Part shown: in pieces, positions 1 through 7,920 of the stretch
Numbering within the stretch: the first letter of the stretch is position 1
Layout: each line of letters opens with the position of its first letter
DNA from: Rudaeicoccus suwonensis
Lineage (GTDB): Bacteria; Actinomycetota; Actinomycetes; Actinomycetales; Dermatophilaceae
Assembly (NCBI RefSeq): GCF_007829035.1
Contig: NZ_VIVQ01000004.1
Location: 116,214-140,213, forward strand
Direction of reading: 5' to 3'
DNA length: 24,000 nucleotides
The notes under the pieces: model-generated
Database searches by the model: none
What the model saw: the letters and a program-made list of their open reading frames with translations, nothing else
What the model was told of the DNA's origin: nothing
Position numbers and translations under genes: made by a program

Positions 1-1
1 G

Positions 2-466
2 GAGTCCGCGGGAGCATCCTTCCTGCGCAAGGACGGCACCGTGTGGACCACTGACAAGGACGGCATCGTGCTCGCGCTGCTCGCGTCCGAGATCCTGGCC
101 ACAACCGATCGTTCACCGAGCGAGCACTACGCCGATCTCGTTCAGCAGCATGGAGACCCGGCATACGCACGCATCGACGCAGCGGCCACCCGAGAGGAGA
201 AGGCCAAGCTCGCGGCGCTGTCTCCGGACGATGTCAGCTCGACCACTCTCGCCGGCGAGGCGATCACCGCGAAGCTGACAGCCGCGCCGGGCAATGACGC
301 GCCCGTCGGCGGGCTCAAGGTGACCACCCAGAGCGCATGGTTCGCGGCCCGACCGTCGGGCACCGAGGATGTCTACAAGATCTACGCAGAATCCTTCCAC
401 GGCCCGGACCATCTGTCACAGGTGCAGCAGGAGGCCAAAGAGATCGTCGCTGCTGCACTGCGCTGA
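2..466 (+). CDS. pgm: Phosphoglucomutase, C-terminal fragment (5' end outside the window)
   Basis: The frame is open from the window edge. The translation [32 protein letters not shown]...[10 protein letters not shown] matches the conserved C-terminal region of alpha-D-glucose-phosphate-specific PGM. Third codon positions are G/C-rich. Stop TGA at 464-466. Confidence 0.9.
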   Translation, partial: ESAGASFLRKDGTVWTTDKDGIVLALLASEILATTDRSPSEHYADLVQQHGDPAYARIDAAATREEKAKLAALSPDDVSSTTLAGEAITAKLTAAPGNDAPVGGLKVTTQSAWFAARPSGTEDVYKIYAESFHGPDHLSQVQQEAKEIVAAALR

Positions 467-549
467 CAGTTTGCTGACATGCCACGTGCCGCAATCTCCG
501 CAACGGCCAGGAGCGCGGCACGGCCGTGGTCGTCGGATAGCGTGGACCG

Positions 550-1152
550 GTGAGCAACTCGAGTGAAACACAGGCGCTGGGCAGGCTTTTCGTCATCTCC
601 GGTGCCCAGGCTGCTGGCAAGTCGACCGTCGGGCAGGCCCTCGCGGCCGGTCTGACCAGGGCCGTCTTCATCGACGGCGACACCGTCGACGGTGTGGTGG
701 TGTCCGGCAGTGAACCGATGACCGAGCCCGCGACCGTGGGCGCGGTCGAGCAGTTGTTTCTTCGGTATGCCGGGGCTCTCACCCTCGCCGACGTCTACCG
801 CTCGGCCGGCTTCGACGCAGTGATCGCCGACAACATCTTCGGCGACTTTCTCGACGACTTCCTCGTGCTCGCCGCACCAGAACCGCTGCACTTCGTGATG
901 CTCACTCCTAGCATCGATGCGATCTACGAGCGCGAGGAAGCCCGCCGCAAGAACGCCTACCGCGACGGCATCACCGTTGAAGGTCTGGTCGACACCATCG
1001 AGCGCGACACCGACCGCGTCGGGCTCTGGCTCGACAACACCGACCTGTCGGTGGCCCAGACGATCACCACGATCCTGCAGCGCCAGGACGAAGCACTCGT
1101 CGACACTGCGGAGTTCGAGCCCGAGTCGGCAGAGGCTGATCCAGTGCGGTGA
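550..1152 (+). CDS. P-loop NTPase / small-molecule kinase-like protein (chloramphenicol-phosphotransferase-like AAA fold)
   Basis: GTG start. Walker A motif GAQAAGKST, followed by IDGD and AVIADNIF segments laid out as in CPT-like kinases. High GC3. The stop overlaps the next gene's start (GTGA at 1149-1152). Confidence 0.7.
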   Translation: MSNSSETQALGRLFVISGAQAAGKSTVGQALAAGLTRAVFIDGDTVDGVVVSGSEPMTEPATVGAVEQLFLRYAGALTLADVYRSAGFDAVIADNIFGDFLDDFLVLAAPEPLHFVMLTPSIDAIYEREEARRKNAYRDGITVEGLVDTIERDTDRVGLWLDNTDLSVAQTITTILQRQDEALVDTAEFEPESAEADPVR

Positions 1153-1673
1153 CACAGTCCACCGGATCCGCCACCACGCATCTTGTCGTCATCCGAGGCA
1201 ACTCCCGGACCGGCAAGAGCACGCTGTCGATGGCACTTCGGGAGCGACCGATGTCGGTCGTCGGACAAGACCATGTGCGACGCATTGTCCTGAAGGAATC
1301 GCTCTCCGGAGAACATCTCGACACGGTCGAACTGCTTGACCTGATGGTGCGATTCTGCCTCGACTCGGGTCGCGACGTCGTCCTGGAGGGCATCCTCTAC
1401 GCGGATTTGTACGGAACGATGCTCACCCGGCTGCTGGCCGACCATGTCGGCCACAATCACGTCTACTACCTGTCGGCGCCCTTCGAGGAGACAGTGCGAC
1501 GGCACCGACTCAGCCCGGATACTGCCAATTGGACGTCCGACGACATGCGTCAGTGGTGGCATGACGAGGACCTGCTGGGGTTACCTGACGAGATCGTGCT
1601 TGATGCCGATGCGCCTGCAGCACAAGCGCTTTCGCGTATCACCGCAGATCTCGATGCTGAGGGCTCACGGTGA
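1149..1673 (+). CDS. P-loop kinase-like protein, distant paralogue of the upstream gene
   Basis: GTG start in a GTGA overlap with the upstream stop. Walker A motif GNSRTGKST. The motif order matches the neighbour (VVLEGILY, VYYLSAPFEETVRRHR). High GC3. Confidence 0.7.
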   Translation: MTQSTGSATTHLVVIRGNSRTGKSTLSMALRERPMSVVGQDHVRRIVLKESLSGEHLDTVELLDLMVRFCLDSGRDVVLEGILYADLYGTMLTRLLADHVGHNHVYYLSAPFEETVRRHRLSPDTANWTSDDMRQWWHDEDLLGLPDEIVLDADAPAAQALSRITADLDAEGSR

Positions 1674-2100
1674 CGTCGCGAGCGTATCGACGGTTCGGGC
1701 GCGACGCCGTGCTGAGTACAGACCCGACGAATCCGATCACCAGAGCCACAAGCACGCCGAGACCTGCACCAGCCCAACTGCCGGTCGCGTCACCCAGGCC
1801 GACCGGCCTGAGCAGAAAACCCTGCCACTGCAACCAACTGGTGCCTGTGGACTTGGTCACCAACTCCCATCCGACGGCTGTGCCGATCACGAGACGCGCC
1901 AACGGAATGGGCCGGATCGAGCCATAGCGACCACGCGCGTCATACAGATCGGCATCGGCATACGTGCGCCGCCGGACCAGATCGCCCAGGAAGACTCCGC
2001 ACCATGCGCGATCGGCACGCCGACCGTCGTCAGGAATCCTTCGAACGGCCCGAGGAAGTCGCTGGCGAAGAAGACAACGACGATCCGTCGTGTCGGTCAT
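1639..2100 (-). CDS. Hypothetical small protein with a C-terminal transmembrane segment; gene model uncertain
   Basis: Only long minus-strand ORF here, starting 16 nt after the ATP-grasp stop. The C-terminal hydrophobic stretch WAGAGLGVLVALVIGFVGSVL looks like a TM helix. The first ~30 codons have poor GC3 in this frame, while the neighbouring frame has good GC3 over roughly 2096-1960. The 3' end overlaps the convergent kinase gene. Confidence 0.35.
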   Translation of the reverse strand: MTDTTDRRCLLRQRLPRAVRRIPDDGRRADRAWCGVFLGDLVRRRTYADADLYDARGRYGSIRPIPLARLVIGTAVGWELVTKSTGTSWLQWQGFLLRPVGLGDATGSWAGAGLGVLVALVIGFVGSVLSTASRPNRRYARDVTVSPQHRDLR

Positions 2101-2116
2101 CAGCGCAGCACTTCGG

Positions 2117-3355
2117 TCATCCCAGGAGCTTTTCCTCGTCCTTGGCCCACAGCCCGGTCAGCCCGCGGAAGTGCGCGAGGAAACGCTCGTGCTCGTGCGC
2201 CGGATAGGTCGATCGCACCGTCTCGACCAGCAGTCGGTCGAACTCGTCCGACAGCACCCAGTCCAGCACGAGTTCGTCGACATGCCCGAGCGATGTCTCG
2301 ACGAACTCCCGGTAGTTCTCGACTTCGAAGTATTCGTCCGAAAGACGCTGGTAAGCATGCAGTTTCGCTGCATAGTCATCGCCACGATCGGCCACTGCGA
2401 ACCACGGGTCGGTGTCGACCTGCGTGCGACAACGACGGTCGGTCACGGTGCAAAAGATCGACCATTTCAACAGCGACTTGATCGCCCAGGGGAAGTAGTA
2501 GTGCAGCGAGGTGATCGCGACATCCGGGCAGGCATTGGCGTAGTCGATCGGATAGACCACACCGTCCTTCACCAGCATCTCGCAGCTGTTGAACTCCCAC
2601 CGGAAGAACGCGTTCACCGTCTGGGCGATCGTGCGCGTCTCCGCACCCACCTCGGGGGTGAGGAAGTCGTAGGCAACCTCGTAGCGATCGTGCATCGGCT
2701 CGTCGGGGCGGAACTTCATCACCATCGTCTCCGGCCCGATGGTGAGCGCCCTTGCAAACACTTCGAATCCGTCGACTGCCTTCTGCAGGTGCATCAGCAT
2801 CTCGCCGGAATCGTCATACGCCGCGTGCAGCGCCTGCTCGTCCTTGATCATCGACACGCCCCGCCACGCGCCACCGTCGAAGGGCTTCATGAACATCGGA
2901 TACCCGAGTTCGGCAGCGATGGCATCCAGGTCGAACGAGCGGTTGTACTTCGAAGACGTGTATGCCCAGCGAACGTTGTCGAGCGGGTTCTTGTAGGGCA
3001 CCAACACCGTCTCGGGCACGTGCATCCCGAGCCGCATCAGCGCGCAGTATGCCGAGTGCTTCTCCATCGACTGAAAGGTGAACGGGGAGTTCAGCAGATA
3101 GACGTCGTCCATCAGCGCGACCTTCTTCAGCCACTCGCGCGGGTGGTAGTACCAGTGCGCCAGGCGGTCGATGACCAAGTCGGTGCGCGGCCGGTCACGC
3201 AGGTTGAACGGCTCGATGCTCAACCGCTCGGTGCGTATGTCGTGGGTCGTGCCGTCCGGCGCGGTGACCGGACCCACCCGCCGTGTGAGCTCCTCGAACG
3301 CTCGCGGCCAGTCCTCCTCTGCGCCGAGCAGCAAGCCGATCAGGTGCTCCGTCAT
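2117..3355 (-). CDS. ATP-grasp fold ligase (RimK/glutathione-synthetase-like), substrate unknown
   Basis: 412-aa ORF with high GC3. The central region LGYPMFMKPFDGGAWRGVSMIKDEQALHAAYDDSGEMLMHLQ is typical of ATP-grasp nucleotide-binding cores. A strong SD (GAGGAGAGG) lies upstream of the ATG at 3355. Confidence 0.85.
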   Translation of the reverse strand: MTEHLIGLLLGAEEDWPRAFEELTRRVGPVTAPDGTTHDIRTERLSIEPFNLRDRPRTDLVIDRLAHWYYHPREWLKKVALMDDVYLLNSPFTFQSMEKHSAYCALMRLGMHVPETVLVPYKNPLDNVRWAYTSSKYNRSFDLDAIAAELGYPMFMKPFDGGAWRGVSMIKDEQALHAAYDDSGEMLMHLQKAVDGFEVFARALTIGPETMVMKFRPDEPMHDRYEVAYDFLTPEVGAETRTIAQTVNAFFRWEFNSCEMLVKDGVVYPIDYANACPDVAITSLHYYFPWAIKSLLKWSIFCTVTDRRCRTQVDTDPWFAVADRGDDYAAKLHAYQRLSDEYFEVENYREFVETSLGHVDELVLDWVLSDEFDRLLVETVRSTYPAHEHERFLAHFRGLTGLWAKDEEKLLG

Positions 3356-3388
3356 ACCGACAACCTCTCCTCGTGAACGATCACTGGG

Positions 3389-4144
3389 TCAGCAGAACCG
3401 TGGCAGGTGGTGCGCCAACTGCCGCTGCCACCACGGCCAGTCGTGCGCACTGTCGTGGCCCCACACGTCGATCTCGTGGGGAATTCCCTTGTCCGACAAT
3501 ACTTTTGCGAAGTCGATGGTCGACTGCAGCGACCTCGTCGGATGCGTCTCGAATGGCCCCTGACCCACCACCAGCAGGATGCTGGCGTTTGCGCGCACCC
3601 AGTCCAGGTGGTCGCCGGACATCCCGGACACGTAGTCCATCGGGTTGGCGAAATAGGTGGCGTCGCCGTGTTCGCCGTGACCGTTCCAGGTCTTGACGTC
3701 GTAGTTGCCGGACATGCCGATCGCGAGCGGTGCCAGATGCGCATGAGTGAGCGTGAAGTGGACCGCGTGATAGGCGCCCATCGAGACACCGGTCGTGATG
3801 AGCGGCGCGGATCCGCCGAGTTGCTCGTGCACCCATGGAACGACGGATTCCTCAAGCCAGCGCGTGTACAGCTGGTGGCCTTTGGCGCGCTCCTCGGTCG
3901 TCTGGGCATTGTCCGACCACGTCCACCTGTCAGCGGAATCCACGCAGAAGAAGCTGACCCGACCGGCATCGACCAACGATCGCACCGCGTCCACCATGCC
4001 ATTGCCCGCGAAGTCCTCGGCCCGCCCGGCCTCGCTGGGAAACACCAGCACCGGTCGACCGTAGTGCCCGTGCCGAATGACGCCGAGGGTCGCGTCCGTT
4101 CCGGGCACAGGCAGTTCAACTCGTTCGTGGCTCACGTCACTCAT
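3389..4144 (-). CDS. Esterase family protein (alpha/beta hydrolase, esterase-D / putative esterase type)
   Basis: Translation from MSDVSHERVELPV. Nucleophile elbow GVSMGA and a C-terminal VWGHDSAHDWPWW motif. The ATG at 4144 overlaps the upstream stop (ATGA, 4141-4144), so the longer track ORF (to 4402) is rejected. Confidence 0.85.
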   Translation of the reverse strand: MSDVSHERVELPVPGTDATLGVIRHGHYGRPVLVFPSEAGRAEDFAGNGMVDAVRSLVDAGRVSFFCVDSADRWTWSDNAQTTEERAKGHQLYTRWLEESVVPWVHEQLGGSAPLITTGVSMGAYHAVHFTLTHAHLAPLAIGMSGNYDVKTWNGHGEHGDATYFANPMDYVSGMSGDHLDWVRANASILLVVGQGPFETHPTRSLQSTIDFAKVLSDKGIPHEIDVWGHDSAHDWPWWQRQLAHHLPRFC

Positions 4145-5148
4145 CCTTGCGCACACCAGCTGTCCCGCAACAGCTTCGGCAGAATCGGATCCAGCCCGTC
4201 CCGCCAGTCGGTCATCGTGTGCTGGCCCGGTAGCTCGGCGGCGCGCACGTCCCAACCGTGCCGGGTCAGGGCGGCAGCCATCCGCTCGTTGTTGCCGCGG
4301 TTGCCCTCGGCTGCTCCCCAGGTCAGTGCGACCGACAACGTATGCCGCGGCGGTGGTGCCGACTTCAGTTGTCGCACAAGGGAACTGATCCGCGGATACC
4401 ACCGGAAACCGGCATCTGAACGACCGCGCGGACCCGGTTCGAAGAACGACCCGGACTGACTCAGCACAGCACCGATCCGCGGGTCACCGGCCGACAGCAG
4501 CAGCGACGTGAGACCACCGAGACTGGAGCCCAAGACACCGACCGGGCCGCGCACGGCATACCGATCGGAGAGGGCGGTCAGCGCATCACGTGCCGACCGC
4601 AGATACGCGGCGGAGCCGGAATACCACGACATCCGCTGCCGGGCATCGGCGAGCACCAGCCGGAACGGCGGCAGATCGCCGGCGGCGATGTGCGCACCCG
4701 CCCACTGTGTGATGTCAGCGCCGTCGAGGTAGCCGCTGCCGTCGTGGCACCACAGCAGCGGAGCCGGGTCCGCGGCGCGCAAGCCGACCGGAATCCACAC
4801 CCGTGCGGGGATTCCGCCGGCGAGCGTCGACGGAAAGACCGTCGTGGTCATCCGGCCCCTGACAGCGTCGGCGGAGAGCCATTGCGGTTCGCGATAGCCC
4901 CGGGCACGCCATTCGGACTTGTCACCGAAGCCGGTGCGAACGACGTTGCGGCACAACGGATCAAGCATCGAACTGCGCTGACCATCGTGGGTCGTCACCC
5001 AGAACTTGTACTCCAGGCGACGCACGCCCGCGGTCTCGACGCTGCGCGTCCACCAACCGTCGCGCCAACGACACGGACCGCCATACAGCGCGGCGTCGAG
5101 GGCGACCGCGGACCATCGCCGACTTTCGTCGCGCAGCCGCAGTTCCAT
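4141..5148 (-). CDS. Esterase family protein with an N-terminal beta-sandwich-like extension (enterochelin-esterase-like architecture)
   Basis: 335-aa ORF with high GC3. Carries a GSSLGG serine-hydrolase motif. The N-terminal ~100 aa (LEYKFWVTTHDGQRS...) resemble the E-set domain found on Fes-type esterases. It starts 9 nt after the upstream gene's stop. Confidence 0.8.
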   Translation of the reverse strand: MELRLRDESRRWSAVALDAALYGGPCRWRDGWWTRSVETAGVRRLEYKFWVTTHDGQRSSMLDPLCRNVVRTGFGDKSEWRARGYREPQWLSADAVRGRMTTTVFPSTLAGGIPARVWIPVGLRAADPAPLLWCHDGSGYLDGADITQWAGAHIAAGDLPPFRLVLADARQRMSWYSGSAAYLRSARDALTALSDRYAVRGPVGVLGSSLGGLTSLLLSAGDPRIGAVLSQSGSFFEPGPRGRSDAGFRWYPRISSLVRQLKSAPPPRHTLSVALTWGAAEGNRGNNERMAAALTRHGWDVRAAELPGQHTMTDWRDGLDPILPKLLRDSWCAQG

Positions 5149-5157
5149 CGCCTTGCG

Positions 5158-6105
5158 TCAGTACAACGCCGACATCAGCGCCGTGCGCGCCTTCTTGACG
5201 CGAGGGTCGGCAGGCCCGACGACCTCGAAGAGTTCGAGCAGATGCTGCCGCGCGGCATTGCGTTCGTCGCCGGTGGTCGCACGCACCAGGTCCACCAGCC
5301 GGGCGAAGGCATCCTCGACGTGGCCACCGAGCAGGTCGAGATCGGCCACGACGGTCTGCTTGTCGACATCGGTCGGTGCCTCGGCAGCGGCCTGTCGAGC
5401 CTGGGCGAGGTCGACACCGTCGGTGCGCTGCAGCAGCTTGACCTGGCCCAGGCCGAGCTTGGCGTCTTCGTCCTGCGGGTCTGCCTTGAGCGCTTCCTCG
5501 TAGGCCGCGACCGCAGCGGCGTAGTCGCCCCGCTCGATCGCGTCGAACGCACGCTGGTGGGTCTCCGGCAGCTCCGGCTCGGCGGGCTGATCGTCGTCGG
5601 CGGCGCCTTCGCCCGACACCTCGACACGGCCGGTGACTCCGTTGGCCGCCGCGGCCTCGAGGACCTTGTCCAGCACTTGCCGGATCGCGTCGTCGGGCTG
5701 GTCACCGACATACAGCGGCACCGGCTGACCCTTGAGTATGCCGAGCACCATGGGCACCTGCTGCACCTGCAGCGCCGAACGGATCTGCATCGCGACGTCG
5801 ATGTCAGCGGTCGCCAGGATCAGCCGGCCGGCATACGAACGCACAAGTGCCGCAAGGGAATCCACATGGTCACGGCTCTGTTGCCTGCTGCCGGAGTAGA
5901 CCGCCAGGATGACAGGAACCTGCACCGAGGACTCCACGACGTCGCCGAAGCTCGCGTCGTCGACCTCGATCACGACATTGTCGGCCGTTGCGCCACCGGG
6001 CTGAGCGCCGGCGCCGGACTGGGCACGGGAGGCTGCCGGCCGCGCGAGGCTCGACAGATCGACAGCGCCACGCAGCGACGCAGGAGTGATCGGCTTGTCA
6101 GTCAT
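5158..6105 (-). CDS. Thioredoxin-fold / TPR co-chaperone-like protein (YbbN/CnoX-like), lacking a CxxC site
   Basis: The N-terminal thioredoxin-like region (VPVILAVYSGSRQQS...VPMVLGI) has no cysteines where WCGPC would sit. The C-terminal half is TPR-like (AFDAIERGDYAAAVAAYEEALKADP...). High GC3. Confidence 0.8.
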   Translation of the reverse strand: MTDKPITPASLRGAVDLSSLARPAASRAQSGAGAQPGGATADNVVIEVDDASFGDVVESSVQVPVILAVYSGSRQQSRDHVDSLAALVRSYAGRLILATADIDVAMQIRSALQVQQVPMVLGILKGQPVPLYVGDQPDDAIRQVLDKVLEAAAANGVTGRVEVSGEGAADDDQPAEPELPETHQRAFDAIERGDYAAAVAAYEEALKADPQDEDAKLGLGQVKLLQRTDGVDLAQARQAAAEAPTDVDKQTVVADLDLLGGHVEDAFARLVDLVRATTGDERNAARQHLLELFEVVGPADPRVKKARTALMSALY

Positions 6106-6132
6106 GTCCCTATTGTCTGCGTCGGCGGTTGC

Positions 6133-7845
6133 TCAGAAACGAGCGGGTTCGCGGTAGACGCCCCACACATCGCGCAGCGCGTTGCAGATCTCGCCCATCG
6201 TGGCCTCGACGCGGACCGCCGCCAGCATCGGTTCGATGAGATTGCCGTCGCCGCGAGCGACCTGCACCATCGTCGCGAGCGCCTGCTCGACGGCAGCGTT
6301 GTCGCGAGCAGCCTTGCGCTCGCTGAGCATTCGCACCTGCTCGCGCTCGACCTCGTGCGACACACGCAAGATCTCCAAGTCACCGGCGAGCGATTCGGTG
6401 TGCACATTGACCCCGACAACCTTCTTGTCGCCCTTCTCGAGTGCGACTTGGTACTGGAACGCAGCCTCGGCGATCTCGGACATGAACCAGCCGTCCTCGA
6501 TGCCACGCAGCAGACCCGAGGTGATCGGACCGATCTCGTGCTGCACCTCGCCCTCCGCAGTGCGGGCACGGTCGAGCTCGCCCATCGCGCGGATCTTGTC
6601 GAAGATCGCCTCAGCCTCCGCCTCGATCTTGTCGGTCAGCGCTTCGATGTACCACGAACCACCAAGCGGGTCAGCGACATTCGTGATGCCGGTTTCGTCC
6701 ATCAGCACCTGCTGCGTGCGAAGCGCAACCTCGGCCGACTGGTCGCTCGGCAGTGCAAGCGTCTCGTCGAGTGCGTTGGTGTGCAAGGAGTTGGTGCCCC
6801 CGAGGACGGCCGCGAGCGCCTCGACCGCGGTGCGGACGACGTTGTTCATCGGCTGCTGGGCGGTCAGCGAGACGCCTGCGGTCTGGGTGTGGAAACGCAG
6901 CCACTGGGCTTTGGCGGTCTTGGCGCCATACTCGTCGCGCATCCAGCGAGCCCAGATCCGGCGAGCCGCGCGGAACTTGGCGATCTCCTCGAAGAAGTCG
7001 ATGTGGCTGTCGAAGAAGAACGACAGGCCGGGCGCGAAGACGTCGACATCGAGGCCGCGGGACAGGCCGAGTTCGACGTAACCGAAGCCGTCGGCGAGGG
7101 TGTAGGCGAGCTCCTGCGCGGCAGTCGAGCCGGCCTCACGGATGTGATAACCCGACACCGAAAGCGGTTTGTACGCAGGGATTTTCGCGGAGGTGTACTC
7201 CATCAGGTCACCGATCAGACGCAGATGCGGCTCGGGGGCGAAGAGCCACTCCTTCTGAGCGATGTATTCCTTGAAGATGTCGGTCTGCAGGGTGCCGTTG
7301 AGCACGGAGGTGTCGACGCCCTGGCGCTCCGCCGCGACGATGTACATGCAGAAGGCCGGCACCGCCGGGCCGCTGATCGTCATCGACGTGGTGACATCGC
7401 CGAGCGGGATGTCCTTGAACAAGACCTCCATGTCGGCGGCCGAGTCGATCGCGACACCGCAGTGCCCCACCTCGCCGAGACTCAAGGCGTCATCGGAGTC
7501 GCGGCCCATGAGGGTCGGCATGTCGAAGGCGACGGACAAGCCGCCACCACCGCGCTGCAGGATCAGCTTGTAGCGCTCGTTGGTCTGCACCGCGTTGCCG
7601 AAGCCCGCGAACTGCCGGATGGTCCATGGTCGCCCGCGGTAACCAGTCGGGTAAAGCCCTCGGGTGTAAGGGAATTCGCCGGGCCAACCGATCGATTCAG
7701 GCACCTCGTCCGGCCCGTATGCCGGGTCGACCTCCATGCCGGAAAGAGTTGTGAAATCCGCATCGCGGACCTGACCCTTCGCCTCAGCCGCGTCGTATGC
7801 GGCCTGCCAGCGCTGCCTACCGGTCTGCCCGTCGTGTTCGCCCAT
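6133..7845 (-). CDS. icmA: Isobutyryl-CoA mutase large subunit (acyl-CoA mutase substrate-binding subunit, no fused B12 domain)
   Basis: 570 aa and collinear with methylmalonyl-CoA-mutase-family TIM-barrel subunits. It has TIRQFAGFG (Phe where MCM has Tyr) and KEYIAQKEW (Gln where MCM has Arg), the substitutions described for ICM. It ends before any B12-binding domain. Confidence 0.85.
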   Translation of the reverse strand: MGEHDGQTGRQRWQAAYDAAEAKGQVRDADFTTLSGMEVDPAYGPDEVPESIGWPGEFPYTRGLYPTGYRGRPWTIRQFAGFGNAVQTNERYKLILQRGGGGLSVAFDMPTLMGRDSDDALSLGEVGHCGVAIDSAADMEVLFKDIPLGDVTTSMTISGPAVPAFCMYIVAAERQGVDTSVLNGTLQTDIFKEYIAQKEWLFAPEPHLRLIGDLMEYTSAKIPAYKPLSVSGYHIREAGSTAAQELAYTLADGFGYVELGLSRGLDVDVFAPGLSFFFDSHIDFFEEIAKFRAARRIWARWMRDEYGAKTAKAQWLRFHTQTAGVSLTAQQPMNNVVRTAVEALAAVLGGTNSLHTNALDETLALPSDQSAEVALRTQQVLMDETGITNVADPLGGSWYIEALTDKIEAEAEAIFDKIRAMGELDRARTAEGEVQHEIGPITSGLLRGIEDGWFMSEIAEAAFQYQVALEKGDKKVVGVNVHTESLAGDLEILRVSHEVEREQVRMLSERKAARDNAAVEQALATMVQVARGDGNLIEPMLAAVRVEATMGEICNALRDVWGVYREPARF

Positions 7846-7852
7846 GTCCCCA

Positions 7853-7876
7853 AAATACTAGGACTTCCTAGTATTT
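7853..7876. promoter_or_regulatory. Perfect 11-bp inverted repeat (AAATACTAGGA-ct-TCCTAGTATTT), candidate operator just upstream of icmA
   Basis: Read directly from the sequence. It is an AT-rich island in GC-rich DNA and ends 7 nt before the icmA ATG (7845). On the coding strand it contains TAGTAT, a TAnnnT -10-like hexamer. Confidence 0.5.
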
Positions 7877-7920
7877 GTCGCATCGGCCACAGCGGTCGAC
7901 GGGCACCGGCAGGACCGTCG

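Noticed and set aside
467-549. Terminator after pgm
   Set aside because: Only an interrupted pairing (CCACG/TGCCGC with GCGGCA/CGTGG, a 4-nt bulge and a 22-nt loop) could be drawn. It is not convincing.
1964-3376. 470-aa plus-strand ORF opposite the ATP-grasp gene
   Set aside because: It is an antisense shadow. The minus-strand product has a coherent ATP-grasp sequence and an SD-ATG start.
3389-4402. Long form (337 aa) of the second esterase
   Set aside because: The first 86 codons overlap the 3' end of the upstream esterase gene in another frame and translate to Arg/Ala/Gly-rich sequence. The ATG at 4144 forms an ATGA overlap with the upstream stop and begins a normal esterase N-terminus.
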